A stretch of 62,000 bases of DNA, filler included, from Jimgerdemannia flammicorona (GCA_003990765.1; 3 parts of 3 records of this genome joined end to end with filler, not necessarily neighbours in it); one strand, 5' to 3'; shown: positions 26,110 through 39,273, numbered from the whole stretch's first letter. The notes: generated by a model from the letters alone, not told the origin. Made by a program: numbers and translations.

Positions 26110-29100
26110 ATGTCTAATTTTCATGATACAACTGGAGATGTCTTTTATTCCTTGCTATGTTGTGAGTTTTCTCCTATCCTATTAACAGGACATACCATAG
26201 AGTGTAGGATTCCCATACAGCTCACCATAATGTAGCCTTAATTCTACCTCAGATTAATCAAAGAGAATAATATCAATTGACAATGATCACAGATCCCTTC
26301 TAAAATTTGAAAGGTTGTTCCCTAAAATAGAAAAGTGCTGTTGTCATCATCATCACTATAATAAGTCATCATGTTGGGAAGTGCATCATTAAAAACAACA
26401 TGGTTTGAATTCTCCAAGTAAGTCTTATATTTACAATCTCCTTTCACTTCATATTTCAATGATTCTATATACTAATACTTCTTTCATTCACAATCAGCCA
26501 AACTACTTCAGGGCATATACCCAAGTCTGAATATTTCAACTACCCATCTAAACACTGGAGTATTCTTGGATATTACGAATACTGAAAGAAACAGCCTAAC
26601 TTCAGTGGTACTTATTCTCAGGAAAATGATATATTGAAAAAAGATTTAATTGCCATTATGAACAGCACAGATACTACTAATATTGAACATCAATGAGCAT
26701 CAGCATTGCATTCCTCTCTACAGGTAAGCATATCAGAGTAGATAAGTTGCTCACAATTAGGCAGAGGATAGCTGCTAGCTATCCTGTTGATGGTCTGCTA
26801 GACCATTGTTTGCAATCTTAGGCTATATGGATATATGTGTTTTTTGTATTCATATAGTTATTCTATAAGGTTGTGTATACTCTAGGGATGGTTGTTAGCT
26901 GCTCTATTGATGGTCTGCTAGAGTATCATGGGAGATTACATAGGACCTTGCTTGGCCACCTGATAGGATCCTAGATACAAGATTGCTGATTATATAACCA
27001 TGATACAGAGGTACCTTTGAAGGGCAGTAATCTTCTATTTCTCTTTTCTTGTCTTCAGAAACAAATGTGTGATCCTTCGATTATCCACTTTTGGAATACC
27101 CAAGATGAGCTGAAACTGATAAAAATGTAGATGGAGATCACAAAGATATGTTAATATACTATAGCATTGATACATTTGTTAAGTCATAATTGTAGCAACT
27201 AATGTAACTCTTTTCTTATGCAATAAGAATGAAGGGATCTTATAATCTATTAGGATGACAACTAATGGAGTTCTGAGTACTATCAAGGCAACAAATGAAA
27301 TTCATTATCACAACCTCCAATTCTTTCTCTGGTCCCCATGCAGTGATGTAAAGGTAATTTATATGTTTTCCTATCTTTTGTTATAGCTGCTCCTTTGTGA
27401 ATTACTTATCTAAGTCAATCATTATAATCTGGATTGAAAAATGGAAAATGGAATATTGACAATCTTGACAAAGATGAGGTATCTACATTGATGAAGAGAG
27501 TAAGTGATGATTCTCAAACTTGATAGTAATTCAAAAAATTAGATACAACTTATTACAAACTCTCTTTGGTTTTCTATTCTTAATATTAGCTAAGAGATGA
27601 AGCAGACAAGGCTGAGGTGCTGTCTGATTCCAATGATGTAGAGAGTGATAATAATGGTAGTGTATTGGAGAAAGAAAATGATGACAAAGATGAAACCAAG
27701 AATATAGATAGTGATGCCAAGGAATATGATCTTCCAGGTGCTTCAGTTGATGATGACTTATCTTGAGCTATTGTCAATGCAATTAAGAAAGCACGTCATC
27801 ACTCTTCGAAAAAACAAGATATGTATAAAAGTACTGTATATGTATGACTGTGAGTATATATATTGATATCATGCTTACAGAATGTGTCTGCATATAGTCC
27901 AATGTATTACAGTATACTTGATCTTCACCCTCACTCACTGACAGACTACATCGATATACGGGCTGCTGATATTTTGCCCAAAGACTACCTTCACAGCATG
28001 AGGAGCAGACTGGAAGTGATAAGAAGTAGCCTGTTCAATTCTACTGAGTCAGTTTGCAAGCTACTTGAAGCTATCTAGAAGGTGAGATTTCTGCTCTATA
28101 TACATATACTACATTCCTGGCTATGATTGATCCTCTCTATGACTATTGTTTTGCTGGACAGCTTCCATCAAAGTCCCTGATCAAAATATGTGAGTGTATG
28201 TATATTGATGGGACCACCAGCTTGCTTTGGTGACTTGTTGAAGTCATTTCAGTTGCTTCTGTATACCATTCAGACACATTAAGTGAGCTGCTCAAAGAGG
28301 AATCATCAAAAGGGAGTGGCAGTACCAACAATGTATCTGGTATTGATGCTGTGACAGTGGCTGGAGATCTGAAGAGTATTGACCCAGAAAATAAAGAAAT
28401 CCAATGGGTCTTTCATACTATTGATGAAATATATGTTCTATGGATCATTCTTGTCTGTTAATCTCTTGTCCAGCAGCTCACTATCGATCCTTTCCACCAG
28501 TATCTACATAATCTGCTCTGGATTTTTAGAAACAAATATAATGGAATACAATGTTGATATGAATCTCCTAAAGCAATTTTTCGATAGATGTGACTTGCTT
28601 GCATTAGTGAGTATTCATTCTTTATAACATTAACTTATACTTTGATGTATAGCTACTCTGTATTTAAGTCATTTTCTTGATCAAAATATTGCCTATAGCG
28701 GGGAAGGTGAGTTGAGAGCATCAAGAAATTGCCAGACCAGTATCAAAAGTGGAGAAAATATGGGTGATCAATTTGACTGGCTTATATCTGTAAGTTTGGG
28801 GGGTTTTTTACCTGCTTATGACTCTTTTCTTATCAGTATTATTTTGCTATTTTAGTATTATTCAGCATTTCCAGATAATGTATGGAGAATTGAGTTTGGA
28901 GTCACAGAAAACTCTGGACTGAACCAAGTGGATAGCATGGAGAAAGCTTGCACAGACATTGTCAAAGTGATTAAGACAGTACAAGATCAGCTATTGGAAA
29001 TTATCAGAAAAGTGTGGACCATGTATGGCACTGACCATCTCCCTTAGAACATTAAGTATGGAATCAAAGCTCTCTCTTTGCTGTTATGCTCCATATAGTC

Positions 29101-29450
29101 AGACTCAATGTTTGGGCCCAAGGCAATGTCTTTGCTATGGCTGAATTAGGCTCTACTTGTCTTCCTCATTCACTGGAATCAATATACAATACTCTCAAAT
29201 TCTGCCATTTGGTACTGAGGGTAAAGGTATTGACTCATTGTTATTGATAAAATCAATTTTATACATGTATACTTACATATGTCTGTTCCCCTAGACAATT
29301 ATATTGCAATCAATATGACTTGTAGATGTCCTGTTTATGGAAATAAAACAACTGTCTCCTGGTTCCCCTCCAAAATTTGGTCAGTGGCAAGTCCCAGATA
29401 TGCTAACAATAGCAAAACAATACAAGTATAAACCCAACAAGTTAGTATAA
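26110..29450 (+). pseudogene. Decayed multi-intron gene; C-terminus resembles PD-(D/E)xK restriction-endonuclease-fold proteins (Crinkler-associated type)
   Basis: Several GTRAG...YAG introns, an acidic linker (27590-27770), and motifs GEGELRASRN...GDQFDWL...IEFGVTENSG...KACTDIVKVIK...DQL. Contains stops and frameshifts. The family assignment is inference from motif spacing. Confidence 0.5.
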
Positions 29451-29683
29451 TCAATTTTTTTTATATATTGACTACCTTGTAGAATTATATCTAACTACTT
29501 TCTTTACTATTTCTAGATAATGGCTCTAGCTTGATAATGAGACCTGTACCATATTCGATAGAGTTCTGATATGAGAGAAAATAAATTTTAAGTGAATGCT
29601 GTTGGTGAACCTTGGCAGCTAAACTGATATAGGATTATCCTTATATAAAATATCAATATGAAGTTAAAGACTACAGTACCATC

Positions 29684-32594
29684 TAGTGCTTCACAAACTA
29701 ACCTGAAACCTGACCCATAAAACAGCCAACCCAGAATTAGATATCACTTATCTTTAACTTAACTCAGAATTATACATCACATATCTTTAACCTGATCTGA
29801 AAATATGTCACCTGTCTTTAATCTGACTCAGAATTATATATCACCCATCTTTAACCTGACTCAGAAATATAAGTTATCTATCTTTAACCCAAACCTAAAC
29901 CTGACCCCTAAACCTGACCCTGAACCTGACTCTTAAACTCAACCCTAAACTTGACCCTTTCTGAAAAAATAATTTAAATAATATTTAGATGATATTTAGA
30001 GCAATTAGAAATGAAAAATATCTGAAGACTATTAAAAATTCAGACATATGTATATATGAATTATATTTATACATATATAAGCTATTTTAATGTTTAGTCA
30101 CTAGCTCACTAGTAATAAAAATACATTCAGATGCAACAGATGTCATCAAAATAGCAAGATAATTGCAAGCTATTCATAAAAGATTAGAATATACTAACTA
30201 ATTTTACTACTACCAATTTAGTATATCTATATAAGGATTAGCTAGATTCTTAAACAAATAACTGAAATAGAGAAATATAAGTAAAAATCAACCAAGCCAA
30301 CCAAAAAAACATAACAACAATATCTACTATTCAAGCTTATCATCTATATTGATATACTGTTTCTTCTTATATATTAAATTAATAAATTATTAGCATTATG
30401 GAATATTGAGAGTATAATAACAGTATTAATAGACTTATACTTCTTTTTTCAAATATATTCGATCTAATTCTTTCATTTATTAATTAAGGTTTTTTTTCCA
30501 TTACTTATAATAGAAATAATATATATTAATATATAGATCTAAGGCTGAAGCTATACTATATAATAGTGTTATCTTATAGTAATACTTTAGAAGTTTCATA
30601 TATATATTCTCAGTAGCAGTAAGTATTATCTATAAAAAAAATAAAAAGTAAATTGAAATATATACATATTACTTCCCAATTATTTACTAAATTAATTTCT
30701 AAATTTACAAATAAAATTACTTTCAAAATCATATATGTATATCTAATTAAAATATTCACTAGTTCAAAGTGATCATATAGCTAATTAAATAGTAGGATAA
30801 TAGCTATTATTATAAAATACTTCAAAGCTGATATTATAGTTATTATTTTGGCAAAAGGCTTAAGAAATTAGCAAATCAATTCAAATTGTTATTATGTATC
30901 TTTAGATATATTGCTTATTTACTTATCTATAATACATAATATTCAAACTCTATTTAGATATAATATTAATTTATTTAATATTAAAATACTTCTAAATCAC
31001 ATTATAAAATTTATACAAATAGATTCAAAATTTTATCTTATGAATCTCTAGAGCATGTACTAACATTATATATATAAAACTCTATTTTATTGTAATATCT
31101 AAGAGAGGCTTCAAAATGGAAATTTCAGAGAATTTATAGATTTTTATCAGTTATATTTATTATTTATACCAAATTTTTAATTTTCTTTATTAACTCCTAT
31201 AACTTTTTAATAAACTTATTAAGAGAACCAAAAGTATTATAAATAATAAAATTCAATATATATCTGAAATAGCAAATATGAGCAAGTAGATAATAGAGAT
31301 TCTTAAATAGAGTATTATTATTACTGATATTATTATATATAATAGTAATGATTTACTTATTACTAAGTAATAAATTATCTATTACTAGCTCTAGACTCTT
31401 TATAAAATTGATATTTATATATATTATTTTACTAATATTTACAAAGTCTAAGATAATATTATATATCTTTCAATTACTATCAATCTAATAGACTGTTATT
31501 TTAAGAAAGACCTTGATATTAATATCTGATATCTAATAATCAAGTATAAGTAATATCTTCAACTTGAGTTTTACTAGTCTTGCTTTTACTTGGATCTACA
31601 ATAGTTTGAATTTCTTTTGAATATATAACTTATAAAATCATATCAGTCAATAGAAGGGCTATATCAGAATATAATATATAAAAGAGATATATACTTAAAG
31701 CTAGAGTTTTTAATAATAGAGAATGGCTGATACTTAGTAATAATAAAGTTGATAATTAACTAATGAAAATTCTCATTACTTAATGTCTTACTAGTATATT
31801 TCTATTTGTAATAATAAAATTTAATATTTATTTTTCTAATAACCTCCTAAGTACTTCGAAATTTCATTCTATTTATACTTATAATATATATTATCTTTCT
31901 TAGATTAGTAAGGATTTTTAATATGCTAGAGAGATAAGAGTATGGTATTATAATACTTCTAGAGATATTGTTTAAAATTATTGATATTACTATCTTTTGA
32001 TATATAACTTCAAGTTATATAATAGTTATAACTAACAAGTTTACTTTGTAAATTCTATTTAAATAGAGAGATATGAGACTATATTAGAATTTCAATTATT
32101 TATAACTAACTATTTTTATGATCAATAATCAACTACTTTTATGATTGATAAGACTAACTATCTTTATGGTATAATTTCATACTTAGCTATTACTAGGTTT
32201 TATTTTTATTTTTTTTCTCATACTCATTAGTGATAATAAACTAGTAAAGATATTCAATATATCCTCTAATATATTATCTGATAGTTCTGAAATTTCTTCT
32301 AAATATAATTCTTAATCTTTAGATATTTCAAAAAGTATTTGATAATAGTAGAGACTGAGAGCTTGAGTGGAAGACTGAGAGCTAAAAAGTGACTAAAAAG
32401 TGGTGAACTAGAGAGTAGTGAGCTGAAGTGGAAAATAAGCTAGAGGGATAATAAACTGAGAGATAGAGAGTTGAAGACAGAGAGTTAGGGATACAGAGTT
32501 GGAGATAGTAAGTGGTGGGGGAAGTCAAGAATTGTGGAGCCTAAAATAGAAGTCAGTGAGCTAGAGAGTAGTAAGATAGAGAGTAGTAAGGTAA
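29684..32594 (-). mobile_element. Possible ghost hAT-type DNA transposon with subterminal repeats
   Basis: TAGTGCT start resembling the MITE TIR, and AACCYGACCC-type repeats. Minus-strand remnant YSIASALD(L)YI resembles the hAT IAxxLDPR motif (~30520-30570). Ser/Pro-rich repeats at 32350-32590. The second TIR was not found. Confidence 0.35.
29695..29960 (+). repeat. Tandem repeats: ~30-bp unit (TCACxTxTCTTTAACCTGACTCAGAA, ~5 copies) and AACCTGACCC-like short units
   Basis: Directly visible. Confidence 0.8.
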
Positions 32595-32598
32595 CTGT

Positions 32599-33055
32599 TA
32601 TAATGTAGCAGATGCTAAGATGGGCAAGTATATCAGATTTCTTTATCTTAAATTCTTGTCTTCTTTAACTCTCAGAGTCAGTAGTTTCTTGAGACCAAAT
32701 GTGTTTAAAGAGGTAATCCTGAAAATCCCTTTTATCAGTATACTTGTTCTTTTTCTAACACTTTCAATCTGAGGTTTATTCACTTAAAGATACTGAGTTA
32801 TTTATACAAGTTTGCTAGCTATAAGATGGCTACTGAGTTATATGGCTAAGTTATGAGTCATTTAGCACTTTGCAAAATATTTCACCAGTTGCAAAATGCT
32901 ATACTATATTGAGAAGCTCGATCTTGCGCTTTGCAAAATATTTAGCAAATGGCAAAATTGGGGACTGCTGACTATGTGGCTATACTACTTTGGGACTGGG
33001 TATGATCAAGTGTCTGTTCCAATTTCCTTCTTCCAAATTTGGCTATACTGTTACA
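32599..33055 (-). repeat. 3' LTR of Gypsy D
   Basis: About 92% identical by eye to 38816-39273. Preceded on the minus strand by a purine tract (CAGGAGAAAG). Confidence 0.95.
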
Positions 33056-33069
33056 ACTTTCTCCTGAAT

Positions 33070-33540
33070 AGATGATCTCATCCTTGAAGCATCTATTCAA
33101 ACTCCCAGGCTTCAATGGTCTGTATGGTCTTATACTGTGTAATTTGTTGTATTACTGTTTCCTAATAGTGTCACCTGACTTGGTCAAAGTCTGAGGGAGT
33201 CACTCCATATAGGTGGACTAGTGCTGATTCATTATCTCAGAATAGTTTGTAGATTCTCTTAGCAATGGTGATCTGGAAATAGAAGAGCTGGCATTCTATA
33301 ATCCAATTTTCTTTAGTCATTTCTGGGTCTTGGTTGAGTACTTGGCCAAGTTTGAAGTACTCTTGAAATTCATTTCGATGCTGATAAGCCTTGAAGTGTG
33401 AGATTCAAGAGAGATGAGTCTGTACAATGCTTTGGATACTATCATAAGACTCCTCTATTGTTGAAGGCTCAGTGGTATATCATTGTCTCTCGATGGCTCT
33501 TTGGGCAGCACTAGTGATCTTAAGTGTCATTGCAGTACTT
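33070..33540 (-). pseudogene. Extra ORF between integrase and PPT of Gypsy D
   Basis: ISHFKAYQHRNEFQEYFKLGQVLNQDPEMTKENWIIECQLFYFQITIAKRIYKLF*DNESALVHLYGVTPSDF. A homologue lies at ~22780-23220. Confidence 0.75.
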
Positions 33541-36254
33541 TTGTTATTAGCCATGGTACTTCTTGAGTCAGTTTTGATAAATGGTAGTGGGGATTATTGT
33601 GCCTGAGAGTTTTTATAGCCAGAAAGTAGTCTCTTTTATATCTTGCACCAGATAAGGTCCTTCCCACTTGGGCTCCAGTTTTTATGACCAAGAAGCTTCT
33701 ACCATATTCCAGTATACTAGAACTTTATCTCCTATCTTGATAATCTCCAGGGGCTTGTGGGTCTTTTCCACATTGCCCCATTGTAGTGTCTGTGCCTTGA
33801 TTATGTAATTCTCTGCCTTTTTCCTAATTTGATGCAATCTCCATATCTCCATATTCACATGCTTCCAGACTATATCATTATTTGCTGACAAACTTCTACT
33901 GAAACTTTCTTCTCTGAACAGTATTTCTCATAGTGTGAAGTGGGTGCTTTGTGATTGTATGTCTCATAGAGTAGATAATACTATTGGAAGATAGTGATCC
34001 CAGTTTCCATATTCATTGCAGATCTTGGTAATACATAACATTCTTGAGGTTGTTGGTCCTTTCTGCTTGTCCATTTCCTTGTGGGTGATAAGCTGTGGTC
34101 TTGATGTATCAGATCTTGTACTTCGTGTAAAGAATTTCATGGAATTGATTGACAAATTCTGTTCCTCTATCTGTGGTGACTTGCTTTGGGGTCTTGAATT
34201 GGCAGATGATTTCTCTGTAAAAGAAATCAGCAATTGACTATACATTGGCTTCCTTAAGGGGTCTGGCTTCTACCTATTTTGTAAATAGGTCTACAATCAC
34301 AATGATATATTGGTTACCAGTCAATATCAGGAGTAGAGGGCTGATAACATCTATTGCTATATGGGTGAATGATATTGGTTTAATGTCTACTGATCTAGGG
34401 GCTTGATATCATTGGTCTTGTTTCTGTTTCTGGCATTTGTCACAAGTTCTGACAAATTGTCTGATGTCTTCTTCTATTCCTGGCCACCACATGGTTCTTC
34501 TTACTTTATCATACATATTTGTTCCTCCTACATAACCTTGCTCATATACTTCCTTCATTACTTGATTCTTTCAGTACTTGGGAATGACTACTTGTTGTCC
34601 TTTCTTGAGTATTTCTCCATCAGTTTTGAATTGTTTCCATGTCTGATTAATAATTGTTTTTGTCCATTCTTCCAAATGTGGGGGCATCTTTTGCTGCCCT
34701 AGATAGCTGATAATTCTATAGTACAGTTCTCTATTTATGGTAATTTTGTAGGGGTGGGGTCCTTCGGGGTATCTATGAGAGGGCATCAGTATTAGCATTA
34801 GTTCTTCTGGGGTAGTGAATGATTGTGGCATTGTATACTTGCAGCTTCATGATCTATTAAGCATAGATTTCTTTAGGTTCACTGGTAGTGAGCAACTAGG
34901 TAAGTGCTGAGTGATCCATCTGGATGGTGAAATGTCTACCTACTAGATAGTAGTGGAACTTCTCTACAGCCCAGATAACTGTAAGGTATTTCAGCTTATA
35001 TGATTTGTAGAACTGCTCAGCTCCACAGATATCTCAGCTGAGATAAGCTACTACATATTCAGCACCATCCTTCTTTTGAGCAAGAACTGCTCCAAGTTTC
35101 AGGATGCTGGCATCTGTTTGCAAGATGAATTCTTGAGTCCAGTCTGGTCTTCTCAAGATTGGGGCCTGGGTCAATCTGGTCTTGAGCTCATCAAAGGCTA
35201 GTTGCTACTGCTGTGTCTACTGAAACTTGACCTCTTTTCTGAACAGATCATAGATAGGACTGGCAATATGGGAGAATTTTCGAATAAATCTCCTGTAATA
35301 GGATATGAGTCCCATGAAGGCTTGGGCTTCAGTGATGCTGGTGGGTACCAGGTATGCTACTACTGTCTTGATTTTCATAAGGTCTGTGTGTATTCCTTTA
35401 CTGTTGATGATGTATCCCAGATATGCAATTTCTTTTTCTCCAAATGTGCATTTCTTGGGCTTAATGTAGAGGCCATGTTTGCAAAGTCTTCTGAGGATTT
35501 CCTTGATGTGGTCCAAGTATTCCTTAGCTGTCTGACTGAAGTTAATTACATTATCTATATATATCATCATCCATTTTTCTATTACATCCCTGAAGATGCT
35601 ATTCATCATTTGCTGGAAACTTGCTAGTGCATTGCACATTCTGAAGGACATGTGGAGGTAGACATAGGTTCCATCAGGAGTGATGAAGGCTGACTTTTTA
35701 CTGGCTTCTGGTGTAAGGCCGATTTGGTAGAATCCGAAAAACAGATCTAGGGTAGTGTAGAATTGTGCCTTGTTTCCTAGCATAATAAGGATGTCGCCGA
35801 TATTGGGCAATGGTTGTCTATCTTTCTCTGTGACCTTATTGAGCCTTCTATAGTCTGTACAGAGTCTAGGTGCAAATTCTCCAGATCGACTTCCTTTCTT
35901 GGGTATAAGGACAATAGGTGAGGACCAGGGGCTACTGGCTTTCTTGATAATACCAGATTTCTCCATTTCCTTGATTTCAGTCTTGAGTTATTCTCTGTAT
36001 ACTGGCAGAATGGGGTGGGCTTTTTGGTAAATTGGCTTTACTTCTCCAGTATTGATGTTGTGATAGTATAGGGGCTTCTTGGTCTTGATGTCCTTGAAGT
36101 CAATGACCAGTACATCTTTGAATGTATGTAGGAGATTCTGTAGTTCTTCTCTAAGAGGAAAGTTCTTTCCAATTATATAGGTGTACTTGTCCTGATTTTC
36201 CTCCTTCTCATGCTCCAATTCAGTGATCCGAGTTGCTACAAGAACTCTTCTTTC

Positions 36255-36670
36255 TATTGAGTCAAACCCATTTCTTCCTCACTCCGTTTGTCTGGCTTTT
36301 GTATTTTCTTTGATCCTCAGGTTAAGGACAGATAGGATGAGCATTTGTGCTAGCTGATCCTTCTTCCTTACTTCAAATGGAATGATTGAGTTGTGGTTTC
36401 TAGCAAAAAGGAGAATTTCTCTGATGTAATCTGAATCAATAACTCCTCCTTCTATGGATATTTCACTTTTGGCCAAGCTACTTTTTGTCTTGAGAATTCC
36501 AATGTGGTTTGGTGGGATGGTTACTTCGATTTCTGTTCCCAGTATAGTAGTGGTTTGTGGTTTGAGGATTATATATATTGTAGTAGACAGGTCTATTCTT
36601 ATTGTATTTTCCAATTTATACTATGGTATGACTGCATCAGGGTGGATTCTTTGTATCTTGACTGTGATGT
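36255..36670 (-). pseudogene. dUTPase domain within Gypsy D pol, between protease and RT
   Basis: All five trimeric dUTPase motifs in decayed form: IRIDL (AGxDL), KSSLA (RSS/RSG), GGVIDSDY, QLAQM (RIAQ), *GRNGFDS (RGxxGFGS). Confidence 0.9.
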
Positions 36671-38815
36671 CTTCTTCATCATTACTGTTGTCCAGTAGCT
36701 CTGGTGGTCCATATTCTGATTTCTCCTGGTTCTTCTTTGGCTTGTTGGTGATCTTCTTCACCTCGATGATGCAGGAGTAGCAGTGATCCAAGTGCTGGGC
36801 ACAGTACATTCTTTCACTATAGAGGCACCTTCCTAATGGGGCATATCCTTCTGTGATCCTTCTATACCATTCCTTCTCTGTTAACTGCTTACCTTTTCCC
36901 TTTTTCATGGTAACTATATAGGCTTCTTCTTCTTGCTCTTTCTCTATCTTAGAGCAAACTCCTTTGTAGACATTGATAGAAATTCTGATTTTCTTTCCCT
37001 AGTAGATGATTTGCATCTTCTATACACTGAGGTCAATCATTGCCTTGGCTTTGTGAAGCTATTGATTGCCAATGAGGATATCATAGTTGGTTGCATTGGT
37101 GATGATGACATCTACTGGGATAGTAGCTTCACCAAACTTGATTGGTACATCCCAGATCTTTTCCAAGGACATTGCTCATGTTCCATCGACTGTAATAAAT
37201 ATCAATTTGGTGGCTTCTTCTATCTCCCAGCCTAGGTGGTCTACTGCTTTTTTTGTGATGAAACAACCTCCAGCTCCCATATCAATGATGGCTTCAAAGA
37301 TGTAGTCCTTGATCTGACAGATAGCATAGGCTGATGTCTTCCTGTTATCTTCACTTTCTTCATCTAAATCTTCTTGTACATTGTTGGCCTCGATGATTCT
37401 GTATCCTTGATCCTTTCTAATGTCTGATATCTCTATTCTTATTTGCTGTCTAAATGTTGGGATTTCAGCCAGCTGACCAAAGGTTGCATTCACTTTTTAA
37501 TTCTTCAGATCCTTGAAGATATCATACTTGAAGGTCTTGCTCTTGTGCAATTTCTACTCCTTCTTTCCTTCACTTGATGGGGTGGTATTTCAAATGATGT
37601 CTTCTACTACTTACTTCAGTTCAGCATCTTATTTTAGTTCCATATCTTGATCAGCTTCACTCTGCTGGATTTCTTTTTCAATGACTATTTCTGATTATTT
37701 TGTCTGTGTCTGAGCCTTCTTAGGAGGTCTGCCTAGAGGTCTCTTATAGGAATCAGTTCAGATATCCTTCTTGCTTGTGGTAGTAGGATAAGCTTCCCAT
37801 TCTTCCTTCTCATCCTCAGATTCTCCAATCTCCTCAAAGGTGATAGTATTTGCTTATTTATGGTTCCTGGTTACATTGTTCGGATTGGCCTTGCATTTGG
37901 TTTCTATCATACAATTGGAGGCATAATGGCCTTCTTCTCCACACCTGTAGTAGGTTACTGACTGCCTGTCATTTATAGCAGCGAATTTCTATACTGGCTT
38001 CTTCTTGAACTCCTTGATCATATTGCTGAGGTATGCAGTTATTTCAGCAAACTATTTGGCCAGTTCCTCCATTGGGTTGGCTCTTCTCTGCTCTTGAGAT
38101 TGGGATTGTTGTTATATATTTCTATTGACTATAGTAGCTGGGACTGTATTGGTGACCCTTGGTGCTTGTTCGATTTTTACTTCTGTGATCCTTTCCATTG
38201 TATGGCCTTGAGGATGTCTAGCAGTCCAGTATCTTTGGGCATAGGTAACCTTCTGTTCCAGGTCTAGTAGTATTGGAGTAGATCATATGGCTAAGACAAT
38301 TTCTTGATGAATTTCTTTCATAAAGATGTTCTCAGCCACTTGGTCTTGAACTGCATCTGGGTAGTCAGCAAGGACTATTTGATATCAGATTCTTGTGTAG
38401 AATGTGTTTGGGTCTTCAGACATTCCCTGACAGATAGTATTTAATGATTCTTGAGTATTTGTTTGATTTCATCAGTATAATAGGTTGCTCAGAACCAGGT
38501 CTTGAAAGCCAGAATTCTTGCTGGATCATCTGCTCCTTAAACATTAGCTACAGTGAATGCAGTTCTTGCTGGGCCTCTGAGGCTTACAGAGAGTAGGGCT
38601 ACTTGCTATACTGCACTTAAGGTCCTTACAGCTGCATACTGCTCAAAATCATCAATGAAGGTGATGATTGATTTGTCAGAGGTGTATCCATGAAATACAG
38701 GTGGTCTCATATCTATTCTGTCTGATTGTATTGTGTGGGTTCTTGTTGTAGTTGTTTGTTGTTCAGCTTGAAAGTGTGAGATTTATCTTGAATCACCAGC
38801 TAATGGGCACCAAGT

Positions 38816-39273
38816 TATAATGTAGTGGATGCTAAGATGGACAAGTACATCAGATTTCTTTATCTTGAATTCTTGTCTTCTTTGACTCCCAGAGTCAGTA
38901 GTTTCTTGAGGCCAAATGTGTTTAAAGAGGTAATCCTGAAGATCCATTTTATCAGTATACTTGTTCTTTTTCTAACACTTTTGATCTGAGATTTATTCAC
39001 TTAAAGATACTGAGTTATTTATATAAGTTTGCTAGCTATGAGATGGCTACTGAGTTATGTGGCTAAGTTATGAGTTATTTAGCACTTTGTGAAATATTTC
39101 GCTAGCTGCAAAATGCTATACTATATTAAGAAGCTCAATCTCATGCTTAGCAAATTATTTAGCAAATGGCAAAATCAGGGACTGCTGACTATGTGGCTAT
39201 ACTACTTTGGGACTGGGTATGATCAAGTATCTGTTCCCTATTTTCTTCTTCCAAATTTGGCTATACTGTTACA
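38816..39273 (-). repeat. 5' LTR of Gypsy D
   Basis: Begins TGTAACA on the minus strand, followed by ACT-TGGTGCCC (putative PBS). Confidence 0.95.

Larger units (their letters stand above)
32599..39273 (-). mobile_element. Full-length Ty3/Gypsy element D (6675 bp): gag(CCHC)-PR-dUTPase-RT-RNase H-IN-extra ORF, degenerate
   Basis: LTRs 38816-39273 and 32599-33055. 4-bp TSD CTGT (32595-32598, 39274-39277). PBS-like TGGTGCCCATTAG next to the 5' LTR. Knuckle YRCGEEGHYASNC, protease IIDMGAG, RT DYRRLN/YIDN, RNase H TDAS, integrase. Confidence 0.96.

Noticed and set aside
25703..29640. Possible TIR pair (CCCTTATATCA / TGATATAGG) bounding the pseudogene
   Set aside because: The match is short and AT-rich, with no TSD and no clear resumption of the interrupted RT.
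29880..29960. Interstitial telomere (CCCTAA-like units)
   Set aside because: Units are irregular and fit decayed AACCCGACCC subterminal transposon repeats better.
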